Shown: piece after piece, positions 9,136 through 19,759 of the stretch
Layout: the number at the start of each line of letters is the position of its first letter
Position numbering within the stretch: the first letter of the stretch is position 1
Source of the DNA: an uncultured Arcobacter sp.
GTDB taxonomy: Bacteria > Campylobacterota > Campylobacteria > Campylobacterales > Arcobacteraceae
Length of the DNA: 64,000 nt
Assembly: GCA_965140705.1 (NCBI GenBank)
Contig: OZ223300.1
Location: forward strand, 640,001-704,000
Reading direction: 5' to 3'
Notes under the pieces: generated by a model
The model's input: only the letters and a program-made list of their open reading frames with translations
Told to the model about the DNA's origin: nothing
Database searches by the model: none
Position numbers and translations under genes: made by a program

Positions 9136-10062
9136 CTATTTTAACAATTTTGCAGAATACTCTTTTGGAGAGATATTTTCATATTTTTTAAAAAATCTAG
9201 AAAAATATGAGGGATTTTCAAAACCTAATGCATAAGCAATATCTTGGATAGTTTTATCTTGTGAAACCATTTCTCTTTTTGCTTCTAGGATTAATCTATT
9301 ATGAATCATTTGAGTAATAGTATATCCTGAAACTTTTTTAATAATTTCATTTAATCTTTTTGATGAGAGTTCCATCTTTCTTGCATAAAAATCACTACTT
9401 TTTTCTACTTTGTAATTCTCTTCAATAAGGTTTTTTAATATTGTTAATTTTTTGAAATTTGAATCTTTTATTTCACTTGATTCTATTTTTAATTCTTCCA
9501 TATAAAATAAGAGAGTTTCAAGGAGGGATTTTAATATAGAATTATTATGTTCTTCTTTAGTATATTCTTTTTCAAAAATTTGAATAAGAGAAAAAAATGT
9601 TTCAAACTCATTTTCTTTGTAGGTCAAATAAGGATTATTTTCATAAGTATAAAAAAGTTTTGATAATAGTTGTTTTATCTTATCCCCATTTTCTAGTAAA
9701 AAAGCTTCATTGAAATTTATTATATATCCATCAAAGTCATCTTTATACTCTTTTATTTTCCATTTGTGTGTTTGATTTGGATATATAAAATAAATATAAC
9801 CAGCTTTTAAAGGGTATTCAATAAAGTCTATTTCATGGAAGTGTTCACCTTCTTTAGCTTTAGTTATTATTACTATTTCAAAGTATTTATGTCTATGAAT
9901 AGGAATGTATGCATTTTTACATCTCTCACTTATTATTGAAAGTCTAATTTGTTTTTGATAGGTGATTTCGTAACTTGGTATATATTTAGTATTTAGCATT
10001 CCTTTATAATCTTTTACACCATTATTAAAAAGTTCTTTTATGAACGCAATACCCATAGTCAT
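9136..10062 (-). CDS. AraC-family transcriptional regulator
   Basis: Cupin-like HRHKYFEI...HEIDF sensor; C-terminal IHNRLILEAKR...IAYALGFENPSYFSRFFKK. Confidence 0.9.
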   Translation of the reverse strand: MTMGIAFIKELFNNGVKDYKGMLNTKYIPSYEITYQKQIRLSIISERCKNAYIPIHRHKYFEIVIITKAKEGEHFHEIDFIEYPLKAGYIYFIYPNQTHKWKIKEYKDDFDGYIINFNEAFLLENGDKIKQLLSKLFYTYENNPYLTYKENEFETFFSLIQIFEKEYTKEEHNNSILKSLLETLLFYMEELKIESSEIKDSNFKKLTILKNLIEENYKVEKSSDFYARKMELSSKRLNEIIKKVSGYTITQMIHNRLILEAKREMVSQDKTIQDIAYALGFENPSYFSRFFKKYENISPKEYSAKLLK

Positions 10063-10081
10063 TTTAAATTCCTTTTAAATA

Positions 10082-10104
10082 CGAACAAATGTGCGTAAAT
10101 TATA
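10082..10104 (-). promoter_or_regulatory. araC promoter: -10 TATAAT followed by the CGAACAAATGTGCG motif
   Basis: Same motif-to--10 spacing as at 4892-4913 and 37295-37317. Confidence 0.55.
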
Positions 10105-10167
10105 ACAACTAATGATTTAAGATTAACTTAAGTTAAAAATACTATTTTGGAATTATTTTTTAAAAGA

Positions 10168-10197
10168 AAATATAAGCATTGAAAAATGCTTATATTT
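10168..10197 (-). terminator. Hairpin terminator after the CoA ligase gene
   Basis: AAATATAAGCATT-GAAA-AATGCTTATATTT, a perfect 13-bp stem followed by a T-rich tract on the minus strand. Confidence 0.65.
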
Positions 10198-10202
10198 AAA
10201 GT

Positions 10203-12338
10203 TTATTCTAATACTATTAGTGCATCTAAGGCAAGTACACCTTCTGGTTTTGCAACTAAAGGATTAATTTCTATCTCTATAATTCTATCATTTGAAACGA
10301 TTAAATCTGAGATTTTAGTAACTACTTGGGCAATAGCATTTAAATCAACAGCCTTACTACCTCTAACACCATGTAACAATGCAGCAGATTTTAAAGAAGA
10401 TAACTCTTTAATGATTGCTTCAACTCCTAAATCAGGAGTGATTAAGCACACATCTTTAAGTGTTTCAATCCAAATACCTCCCATTCCTACAAGAACTATT
10501 GAACCCCATAGTGGATCTTTTCTTGCTCCAATAACAATCTCAAGACCTGGTTCTTCCATAGCTTCAATTAGTAAACCATCTAATTCAACACCCATATCAG
10601 TAATTTTTTTACTCATTTTATTAAAAGTATTTTTAAGTTGAGTATCATTTTTTATATTTAATAAAACCCCACCTGCATCAGTTTTATGTGCTAAATTTGC
10701 AGCTTGTGCTTTTACAACTACTGGATAAGATATCTCATTAGCAATTTTTATTGCTTCATCTGCACTTGTAGCTAATCTACCTTTTGGAGTAGGTATATTT
10801 AAAGCAGATAAAACTTCCTTACCTTTATATTCAACAACATTACCACTTGGCAAAGAATCTAAAGATGTAAGTTTTTCTATTTTTATCTCTCTTTTCTGTT
10901 TATTTTTATTAATACATAATTTGTTTAAATTTGATAAGGTTCTAATAGCACTACTTAACGATTTTCCAAAAACAACACCTTCTTTTCTAGCAAGTTCTAA
11001 AAACTCTTTTTCAAATGTACCTGCTTCGTTAAGTGCAACATAAATTGAAGGTTTTTGTGGATTATTTTTTGCACTTTTTATAAAACCTTCTAAATATTGT
11101 AATTTTACATCTAGACTTTGGTCAATTGGCAATATAGCAATTGTACTTCCTATTTTTGGTTCACTTGATAATAATTCTAAACCTGAACCTACAAGAGAAG
11201 GTTTTTTACTTACTTCAATTCCTAAATCAAGAGGATTTCTTGCTGGTAAATATGATGGAAGAATCTCTTTTAATTTTTCTTCTACTTCTTCTGATAGTTT
11301 TGACATTGTTAAATTATGATCTTCAAAATGATCTGATGCTATGGCACAAACTGCACCTGAATGAGTTATTAGTCCTATTTCTCCTTGAACTGGATTTGGA
11401 AATCTTAATAATAATTCACTAAGCATAATTAATTCTTCTAAACTATCAACCATAGCAACACCAGCATTGGTAAGTTTTATTTTCATCAAATCATAATCAG
11501 CCGTTAATGAACCAGTATGCGATTGAGTGATACTTTTTGAAGCTTCACTTCGTCCTGAGTGCATCAAAATTATATTTTTATTTTTACTATTAGCCTTTTT
11601 TACTGTTTCAAGAAGTTTTTTAGGGTTTTTTATCTCTTCTGCATAAATTGCAATTGCACTTGTATATTCATCTTCTATAAAAAACTCTATTAAATCAGAT
11701 AATTTAATATCTGCTTGATTCCCTACAGTTACTGAATAAGTTGTAGGTACACCTCTTGTTCCAAATGATTGACCAATAAACATACCAATTCCACCACTTT
11801 GGGTTACTATTGCAACACCTTTTGAACCATTTTTATCAAATGGAACTTGTTTTGGCATATCAATAATTCCAAGATGAAAATCATCAATATAATTGAAATA
11901 TCCAATACAATTTGGACCAATCATTCTTATATTGTTTTCATAAGCAAATTTACCTATCTTTTCTTGAAGAATTAGACCTTCTTTTCCTAATTCTGCAAAT
12001 CCCGATGAAAGACAAGTAACAGTTTTTACTCCGATATTTTTTAAATCAACAATTGCATCATAAACACTATTAGCTGGAATTGCTAATATTCCTAGATCAA
12101 TATCTTTAGGTAATAGGTTTATATCAGTTAGAATTTCTATCCCGTCAATATTACCAGTATTTCTTCCAAGAAGATGGATTTCCCCTTTATATCCATTTCT
12201 CACTAGATTATTTATAATATTTCTAGCTGAAGAACCTTCTTTTTCTGATGCACCTAATATTACTAATGAACTAGGATTTAATAATGAAGATATAGAATTA
12301 ACTGTATCTTCACTTGATAATATATTTTTATTTTTCAA
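10203..12338 (-). CDS. ADP-forming acyl-CoA synthetase (acetate-CoA ligase family), probable feruloyl/p-coumaroyl-CoA synthetase (Sphingobium FerA type)
   Basis: CoA-binding domain (ILGASEK, SSGFAE, GPNCIG), TQSGG, SHTGSLT phospho-His, RNPLDL, ATP-grasp HKTDAGGV and IEINPL; TTG start at 12338 after a GGAGG RBS; clustered with ech and vdh. Confidence 0.8.
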   Translation of the reverse strand: MKNKNILSSEDTVNSISSLLNPSSLVILGASEKEGSSARNIINNLVRNGYKGEIHLLGRNTGNIDGIEILTDINLLPKDIDLGILAIPANSVYDAIVDLKNIGVKTVTCLSSGFAELGKEGLILQEKIGKFAYENNIRMIGPNCIGYFNYIDDFHLGIIDMPKQVPFDKNGSKGVAIVTQSGGIGMFIGQSFGTRGVPTTYSVTVGNQADIKLSDLIEFFIEDEYTSAIAIYAEEIKNPKKLLETVKKANSKNKNIILMHSGRSEASKSITQSHTGSLTADYDLMKIKLTNAGVAMVDSLEELIMLSELLLRFPNPVQGEIGLITHSGAVCAIASDHFEDHNLTMSKLSEEVEEKLKEILPSYLPARNPLDLGIEVSKKPSLVGSGLELLSSEPKIGSTIAILPIDQSLDVKLQYLEGFIKSAKNNPQKPSIYVALNEAGTFEKEFLELARKEGVVFGKSLSSAIRTLSNLNKLCINKNKQKREIKIEKLTSLDSLPSGNVVEYKGKEVLSALNIPTPKGRLATSADEAIKIANEISYPVVVKAQAANLAHKTDAGGVLLNIKNDTQLKNTFNKMSKKITDMGVELDGLLIEAMEEPGLEIVIGARKDPLWGSIVLVGMGGIWIETLKDVCLITPDLGVEAIIKELSSLKSAALLHGVRGSKAVDLNAIAQVVTKISDLIVSNDRIIEIEINPLVAKPEGVLALDALIVLE

Positions 12339-12361
12339 TTTATAATCCCCCTCCTGATTCA

Positions 12362-13807
12362 TTAAAATGGATAGTGCCTATTACCAATTGCTTCAATAGT
12401 AACCCATTTTAATTCTGTCATTTCTTCAATAGAAAAATGACCACCTTCTCTACCCATACCACTCTCTTTAATTCCTCCAAATGGAGAATTTACTTCATCT
12501 TGAACTGTAGGACCATTTACATGTACCATTCCAGCTTCAATCTCTTCTGATAATTTTAGTGCTTTTGCTAAATCATTAGTAATCACAGCTGAACTTAATC
12601 CATAAATTGTATTATTTGCTAATTCCACTGCATGATCTGCATCTTTAGCTTTTATTACTGAAACTACTGGTCCAAATACTTCTTCATGAAATACATTCAT
12701 ACTTTCATCAACATGTGATAATACTGTTGGTTTAAAAATAGCCTCATTATATTCATTCCCTGTTAAGGCTTTTGCACCTTTACTTAGAGCATCTGATACT
12801 AAACCATCTATAAAAATACATTGTTTCTTTTCAATTAATGGTCCAATTACAGTTGTTGGGTCATTTGGATCTCCAACTTTTAAGCTACTAACTTTTTTTG
12901 CAAATTTTTCGCAAAATTCATCATAAATTTTTTCTTCAACTATTACTTTAGAACCTACCATACAAACTTGTCCTTGATGAAAGAAAATCCCAAAAGTTGC
13001 TGTATCAACTGCATAATCAATATCAGCATCATTTAATACAATAATTGGACTTTTCCCACCCATTTCTAAAGTTATTTTAGTAAAGTTTTCAGCTGCTGAT
13101 TTTGCAATTATTCTTCCTGCTGCTGTTGAACCTGTAAAAGTAATCATTTTTACTCTTTTGTCTTTTTGGAATGTTTCACCTAAAACAGAACTTGAACAAG
13201 GAATAATATTTAAAACACCATCAGGTAAGCCAGCTTCTTTAAGAATCTCTCCAAAAATAAGCCCAGTAACTGCTGTATTTGTTGAAGGTTTTAGTACAAA
13301 AGTATTTCCTGCTGCTATTGCCATTGCTAGTTTTTTTCCTGCTAAAATCATTGGAAAATTAAAAGGAGAAATTCCAGCAATTACACCTAAAGGTCTTCTT
13401 ACACTGTAAGATAATACGTTTGGAGTATTTGAAGAGTGTGTTTGCCCTGAGACTCTTCTTGCCTCTCCTGCTGCTACTCTAAAAACATCTGCTACTTCAA
13501 AAGTTTCAAACATTGCTTTACCAAAAGCAGCTCCAGCTTCTTGAATTAAAATATCTTTAATCTCATCTGATCTTTTTTCTATAATTGAAGCAGCTTTCAA
13601 TAATACGGCTTCTCTCTCTTTTGCTGGTGTATTTGCCCAAGATTTTGATGCCTTATGTGCTATTGAAATTGCTTTATCTATATCTTCAGCACTTGCCATA
13701 TGTAGTTTTGCATAAACTTCTCCAGTCCATGGATTTATATCATCTATTATTGTATTATTTGATGATTCTACATATTCTCCATTTATAAATAATTTGTATT
13801 CTTTCAT
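12362..13807 (-). CDS. Aromatic aldehyde dehydrogenase (vanillin dehydrogenase-like)
   Basis: SPFNFP, FTGST, LEMGGK (catalytic Glu), FFHQGQVCM (catalytic Cys), EEVFGP, PFGGIKESG; context with the hydratase/lyase. Confidence 0.85.
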   Translation of the reverse strand: MKEYKLFINGEYVESSNNTIIDDINPWTGEVYAKLHMASAEDIDKAISIAHKASKSWANTPAKEREAVLLKAASIIEKRSDEIKDILIQEAGAAFGKAMFETFEVADVFRVAAGEARRVSGQTHSSNTPNVLSYSVRRPLGVIAGISPFNFPMILAGKKLAMAIAAGNTFVLKPSTNTAVTGLIFGEILKEAGLPDGVLNIIPCSSSVLGETFQKDKRVKMITFTGSTAAGRIIAKSAAENFTKITLEMGGKSPIIVLNDADIDYAVDTATFGIFFHQGQVCMVGSKVIVEEKIYDEFCEKFAKKVSSLKVGDPNDPTTVIGPLIEKKQCIFIDGLVSDALSKGAKALTGNEYNEAIFKPTVLSHVDESMNVFHEEVFGPVVSVIKAKDADHAVELANNTIYGLSSAVITNDLAKALKLSEEIEAGMVHVNGPTVQDEVNSPFGGIKESGMGREGGHFSIEEMTELKWVTIEAIGNRHYPF

Positions 13808-13808
13808 C

Positions 13809-14849
13809 TTATTCTCCAGCCATAGATTTTTTTACAGCATCAATAATTTTTTGACCATCAATACCTTTTTTATTGACATCTTTAATCCATCTTAATGTTA
13901 CTTTATGTGCTACATCTTTGAACTTTTTAGTCTCTTCATCACTTAATGTTATAACTTCACCACCAGATTTTTTTTGCAAATTTTTACCTATTGTTTCGAA
14001 TTTTTTTGCAAATGATGAGAATCTTTTAATTAATGGAATAGCTGTAGTTTCATCAAGTACTTTTTGTAAATCTTTTGGTAGTTTATTATATCTATCTTTA
14101 TTCATTAATAGAAGAAGAACAGAACCACCAAAACCACCACCACCTTTTATTTCAGTAGTATATTTAGTTAAATCTTGGAATTTAAATGCTGGGAATACTT
14201 CCATTGGTAACATAGCTCCATCAATAGCATTTTTTGAAAAAGCTTGTGCAACAGCAGGCAGAGGCATTCCAACAGGTTCAGCACCTAATTCTTCAATATA
14301 CCATCCACCAGTTCTTGAAGGAGATCTAAGTTTCATTCCTTGTAAATCTTCAAGTTTAGTAACTTTTTTAACAGTAGTATCTAATTGATATGGTCCTGCT
14401 AAAGCGACTAAAAGTGGTTTAACTTTTTTAAAGTCATCTTTTAAAAGATTAAAATTTTGTTTTATTGCAAGTGCAGTTTTTAAACTAGAGTTTGTATGTA
14501 TCTCTGGTAGCTCAAAAGCTTCAATTCTTGTGAAAACACCAGGAGTATAACCTGCAACTGTATAAACAATATCAGCTACTCCATCTTTAGCTTGAGAGTA
14601 TAATTCATTTGGTTTACCTCCCATACTCATAGAAGGATATAAATCTATTTTAAGTCTACCATTTGAAAGTTTTTCTACTTCTTTTGCCCATGGCATTAAT
14701 AATTGCACCGTTGGTGGTGCATTTGAACTTAAAAATGTATGTAATGTTAAAGTTATAGGTTTTTTGCTATCTTCACTTCCCCATAAAGAACCAACCATCA
14801 ATAATGAACCTGCTAGTAAAATAGCCCCTTTTTTTACTAATATTCTCAC
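13809..14849 (-). CDS. TRAP substrate-binding protein, paralog 2 (hydroxycinnamate module)
   Basis: Same DctP motifs (YPSMSMGGKPNEL, LRSPSRTGGW, LGAEPVGMPLP); GTG start. Confidence 0.9.
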   Translation of the reverse strand: MRILVKKGAILLAGSLLMVGSLWGSEDSKKPITLTLHTFLSSNAPPTVQLLMPWAKEVEKLSNGRLKIDLYPSMSMGGKPNELYSQAKDGVADIVYTVAGYTPGVFTRIEAFELPEIHTNSSLKTALAIKQNFNLLKDDFKKVKPLLVALAGPYQLDTTVKKVTKLEDLQGMKLRSPSRTGGWYIEELGAEPVGMPLPAVAQAFSKNAIDGAMLPMEVFPAFKFQDLTKYTTEIKGGGGFGGSVLLLLMNKDRYNKLPKDLQKVLDETTAIPLIKRFSSFAKKFETIGKNLQKKSGGEVITLSDEETKKFKDVAHKVTLRWIKDVNKKGIDGQKIIDAVKKSMAGE

Positions 14850-14894
14850 AACTTCCCCTTTTGTATTTATTATATAGTTTATGTTTTTAAATTA

Positions 14895-15722
14895 TTATCT
14901 AACAATATCTTTATTATATGCACCAAGACCTGGTTTATATGTTTTTTCATAAATAAATTGTTTGATACCTTCTTTTCTTCCTGTATTATCAAAATAGTTT
15001 GCAGCCTCTTGTGCTCTTATTAAATAATCTTGTGCATTTTCATAAGTCATTTCTGATACTTTTCTAACTGCTTCTTTTGTAGCTTTAAGTGCAACTGGAT
15101 TTTTCTCTAATAGTACATTACAAACCTCAGTTACTCTATCTTTTAATTTTGATAATTCAACTGATTCATTTACTAATCCCCATTCAGCAGCTTTTACACC
15201 ATTAATATTTTCACCAGTCATTGCATGATACATTGCATTTCTGAAATTCATCGATTCAACAACAACTTTTGTTGCACCTCCACCTGGTAAAATTCCCCAG
15301 TTGATTTCACTAAGACCAAAGGTTGCTTCATTTGCAGCAAAAGCTAAGTCACAAGCAAATAAAGGACCATAAGCACCACCAAAACACCAACCATTTACCA
15401 TAGCAATTGTAGGTTTATAATAATCTCTTAATCTTTTCCACCAACTATAAGCTTCTCTTTGAGATTTTCTAATTCCAGATAAACCCTCTTTTTCAGTTTC
15501 AACAAAATACTCTTTTAAATCCATTCCAGCACTAAAAGCAGTTCCTTCTCCTGTTAATACTAAAACACCAACATCATCTCTATATTCCAATTCATCAAGA
15601 ATTTCCATCATTCTTCTATTTACAGCAGGACTCATACAATTTCTTTTTTCAGGTCTATTGTATTTAACCCATGCAATCTTATTTTCTACTGTGTATACAA
15701 CTACATCTTTTTCACTTGACAT
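14895..15722 (-). CDS. ech: p-hydroxycinnamoyl-CoA hydratase/lyase (HCHL/Ech/FerB)
   Basis: NRPEKRNCMSP, AGMDLKEYF, GWCFGG, GLSEINWGILPGG and the C-terminal KPGLGAY typical of HCHL. Confidence 0.92.
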   Translation of the reverse strand: MSSEKDVVVYTVENKIAWVKYNRPEKRNCMSPAVNRRMMEILDELEYRDDVGVLVLTGEGTAFSAGMDLKEYFVETEKEGLSGIRKSQREAYSWWKRLRDYYKPTIAMVNGWCFGGAYGPLFACDLAFAANEATFGLSEINWGILPGGGATKVVVESMNFRNAMYHAMTGENINGVKAAEWGLVNESVELSKLKDRVTEVCNVLLEKNPVALKATKEAVRKVSEMTYENAQDYLIRAQEAANYFDNTGRKEGIKQFIYEKTYKPGLGAYNKDIVR

Positions 15723-15744
15723 TTATTTTCCTTTTTTATTAGTT

Positions 15745-17766
15745 TTATTTTGTGTTAATTTGCCAATCATGTGCAAACGCCTCAGGTTTAATATCTTTTA
15801 TTAATGTACTAAGACCTTCTTGAGTATCATCACCTACTTTTTTAAGATGTTTTCTTAATTTTTCTGTAGAAGATAGACCTTTTAAAATTTTAATTGCTTC
15901 AACCTCATTTTTTAATATTTCTGAGTATAAAGCAGCAACAGATTGCTGTGTTTCATCTTGTTTTGATGCATGGGCACATAATGCTAACATTGCCACAAGA
16001 AGTTCAATTTTTTTACCCAATCTATGGATTGGAACCTGTGCATGAGTTTGTTCTAATTGATAGTACAAACTAATACCTAGGTAAAGCCATTTACATTTTC
16101 TTAAATTTCGTTCCGCATATGCTACATATTCTTTTAAATCAGTAGGAATTTCATCATAATGACTTTGCATTGATAGTGGAATTAATCTTTTTAATAGTTT
16201 TGGAATCTCTGCAATACCATTACTAACAATCCATGAAAGTAGCTTATAAAATCCAGGTTTTGCTAAAAGTTTAAGAGTGGCTATAGTACATCTTTTAGGA
16301 TATTTTAGAAATGTTTTTAAATCAATTTTTAAAATCATCTCTTCTTTATCAACGGGTTTCCCATCTTTTATATTTGCTTCTTGTAAAACACTTAACATAC
16401 TTGCTACATTTTGTGTAGTAAATTTAGAAGTAATATCTTTAATCATACCCATGATAATTAAGTCATTTTCTCCTTCAACAATACCAAAAACATGTATGTT
16501 TGATCTAGCTTCTGTTACGCGTGAAGATTGGTCGAAACTTCTTCCTCCAATAACTCTTTCACAAGAGACAAGTGATTCTAAAGCAGAACTTGCCGCAAAT
16601 GATTTTGATATGTCTCTCAATCCTGCTAAGTCAACACCTTTTGCATCTTGACTTAGTGAAAGATGAGATAGGGCTTGTGAAGTTAGAGCTCCACCTAACA
16701 TTTTCCCAATTCTAAGTCTTGGTAACTCATGTTTTATAATATGTCCTCCAACACCTAATCTTTTTGTTGCATAGTTAACTGAGTCTGCCGCCATCATTTT
16801 TTGATAACCAGCACACATAGCTGTTAACATACATCTTCCCATTCTCAAACAATAAAACAGAACTTCAACACCATCTGCTTTTATTTCATTTTCTATTGGT
16901 ATTGGAAAGTTCGAAAATGAGATTCTTGTATTATAAATTGATTTAAATGCATCGGAATTTGTTGATGTGATATTAAAACTGTATTCTCCATTATCAATAT
17001 CTTCTTTTGGAAGTTCAATAATAAATAAACCTATTTTTTTACCATCTTTTCCAACTCTAGCAGCTATTGCCATAATACCTTTGTGAATTGCACTTGTTAT
17101 GTACATTTTATTTGCAGCACCTTGGGCAAATAATCTAAAACAATTATTTTCTTCATCTTTTTCTACATAAGCTTGTATTTTTTTAGCATTAACTCCAACA
17201 CCAACTTCTGTTAGTGCAAAAGAAGTGATTCTCCCTTGGGCAATCATTGGTAAAAAAGTCGATTTTTGATAATCAGTTCCATATCCTAAAAGTGAACTAG
17301 AACCAATAGTAAGTTGCCCCGAGATTTCAACGGCTAATGCACCAATACCATTTGATGCAAGTCCTTCTTCCATAATAGCTAGTTGATTATAGTTTAAACC
17401 TAATCCATTGTATTGTGCTGGAACAGTAAAACCATAAGCATTTTTTTTAGCAACTTCTTCTCTTATAGTATTTGAAAGTTTTCCATCAGATTCAAATGCT
17501 TGACCACTTTCAAGAAGATTTAAAGCAGTTTCTAAAATCTCATCTGCTTCTTTTGTTTTAGCATTATTCATCTCTTCTGCACCAGATGTTAATTCAGAGA
17601 TATTTGGTTGTGGTCCATAAATAAGACGTTCAACTAAACTTGATTGGGTTGTATTTAATTTTTTTGCGGCACCAGACATAGATTCATCTAAAGCACCAAC
17701 ATCTTGGGCTTGTAAATGATCTCCTGCGGCAGATAAAGCTTCAGTAGCAGCTGATTTCGTACACAT
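15745..17766 (-). CDS. Long acyl-CoA dehydrogenase-family protein
   Basis: GFTVPAQYNGLGL, SFALTEVGVG, KMYITSA, GGRSF, GIVEGENDL (catalytic Glu position); extended C-terminus. Confidence 0.8.
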   Translation of the reverse strand: MCTKSAATEALSAAGDHLQAQDVGALDESMSGAAKKLNTTQSSLVERLIYGPQPNISELTSGAEEMNNAKTKEADEILETALNLLESGQAFESDGKLSNTIREEVAKKNAYGFTVPAQYNGLGLNYNQLAIMEEGLASNGIGALAVEISGQLTIGSSSLLGYGTDYQKSTFLPMIAQGRITSFALTEVGVGVNAKKIQAYVEKDEENNCFRLFAQGAANKMYITSAIHKGIMAIAARVGKDGKKIGLFIIELPKEDIDNGEYSFNITSTNSDAFKSIYNTRISFSNFPIPIENEIKADGVEVLFYCLRMGRCMLTAMCAGYQKMMAADSVNYATKRLGVGGHIIKHELPRLRIGKMLGGALTSQALSHLSLSQDAKGVDLAGLRDISKSFAASSALESLVSCERVIGGRSFDQSSRVTEARSNIHVFGIVEGENDLIIMGMIKDITSKFTTQNVASMLSVLQEANIKDGKPVDKEEMILKIDLKTFLKYPKRCTIATLKLLAKPGFYKLLSWIVSNGIAEIPKLLKRLIPLSMQSHYDEIPTDLKEYVAYAERNLRKCKWLYLGISLYYQLEQTHAQVPIHRLGKKIELLVAMLALCAHASKQDETQQSVAALYSEILKNEVEAIKILKGLSSTEKLRKHLKKVGDDTQEGLSTLIKDIKPEAFAHDWQINTK

Positions 17767-17817
17767 GTTCGATTCCTCATATTGTTTTGAAAAGTTTAAC
17801 AGATATAAACTTAAATA

Positions 17818-17835
17818 TATCTTACTAGTATAATA
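17818..17835. promoter_or_regulatory. Putative MarR operator in the divergent acyl-CoA dehydrogenase/marR promoter region
   Basis: TATCTTACTAGTATAATA overlaps a TATAAT; copy at 5013-5030. Confidence 0.5.
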
Positions 17836-17897
17836 CTTTTAAGATATAAGTATAATACTTTAATATTATTTAATGTAAATTTGTGTATTATTCCATC

Positions 17898-18383
17898 ATG
17901 AATACACAAGAATTAAAAGAAAGAATAGAAAGAGTAAAAGAATACTCGCCCGAAATTTACAATGATGTTCTACCTATTGTAGTACCATTTTATATGTTTC
18001 AACAGAAATTATTTAATGGAGTAGAAAAGGTACAAGAAAATAAATATCAAATTACACATAGTGAACTTGATGTTTTACGTTGTCTTAAATTATCAAGAAA
18101 TAAAGATAATATATTGAGTCCTACACAAATACATGGCAAACTAATGTTTACTTCAGGAGCTATTACAAAAGTTCTAAGAAAACTTGAAGATAGGGGTTAT
18201 ATTATTCGTTTGGATAATAAACTTGACAAACGAAGCAAATTGGTGCAACTTACAGAAGAGGGTAATAAAGTTTGTACAAATGCTTTAATTGATGTGTTTG
18301 CCTATGAAGAGGAGTCTTTTTCTAAATTGAATAAAGAAGAACAAGAGATTTTTAAAAATCTTTGTTTGAAATTAATACAATAA
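17898..18383 (+). CDS. MarR-family regulator (position suggests a FerC/CouR/HcaR-like role)
   Basis: ITHSELDVL...LSPTQI...FTSGAITKVLRKLEDRGYIIR..DKRSKLVQLTEEG winged helix; ATG at 17898 preferred over the track's GTG at 17883. Confidence 0.88.
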   Translation: MNTQELKERIERVKEYSPEIYNDVLPIVVPFYMFQQKLFNGVEKVQENKYQITHSELDVLRCLKLSRNKDNILSPTQIHGKLMFTSGAITKVLRKLEDRGYIIRLDNKLDKRSKLVQLTEEGNKVCTNALIDVFAYEEESFSKLNKEEQEIFKNLCLKLIQ

Positions 18384-18414
18384 ATTAGAAGCTTGAGTTT
18401 GAGCTTCTAATTTA
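18381..18414. terminator. Bidirectional terminator between convergent marR and pobA
   Basis: TAAATTAGAAGCT-8nt-AGCTTCTAATTTA, a perfect 13-bp inverted repeat. Confidence 0.7.
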
Positions 18415-18418
18415 TTTA

Positions 18419-19630
<1,212 letters not shown>

Positions 19631-19673
19631 TTATTTTAATTAGTATAAGGGATTAATGTTTCATATAAAATAC

Positions 19674-19698
19674 TTTTGTTCCATATAGAGGAACAAAA
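19674..19698. promoter_or_regulatory. Palindromic operator between pobA and the divergent IclR gene
   Basis: TTTTGTTCC-ATATAGA-GGAACAAAA, with a weaker repeat TGTTTCATATAAAATAC at 19657-19673. Confidence 0.6.
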
Positions 19699-19759
19699 TA
19701 AGCAATTTTCAAAGAAATTTGCAATATAATGGATAAAAATCAATATTTTAGGAAAAAAT

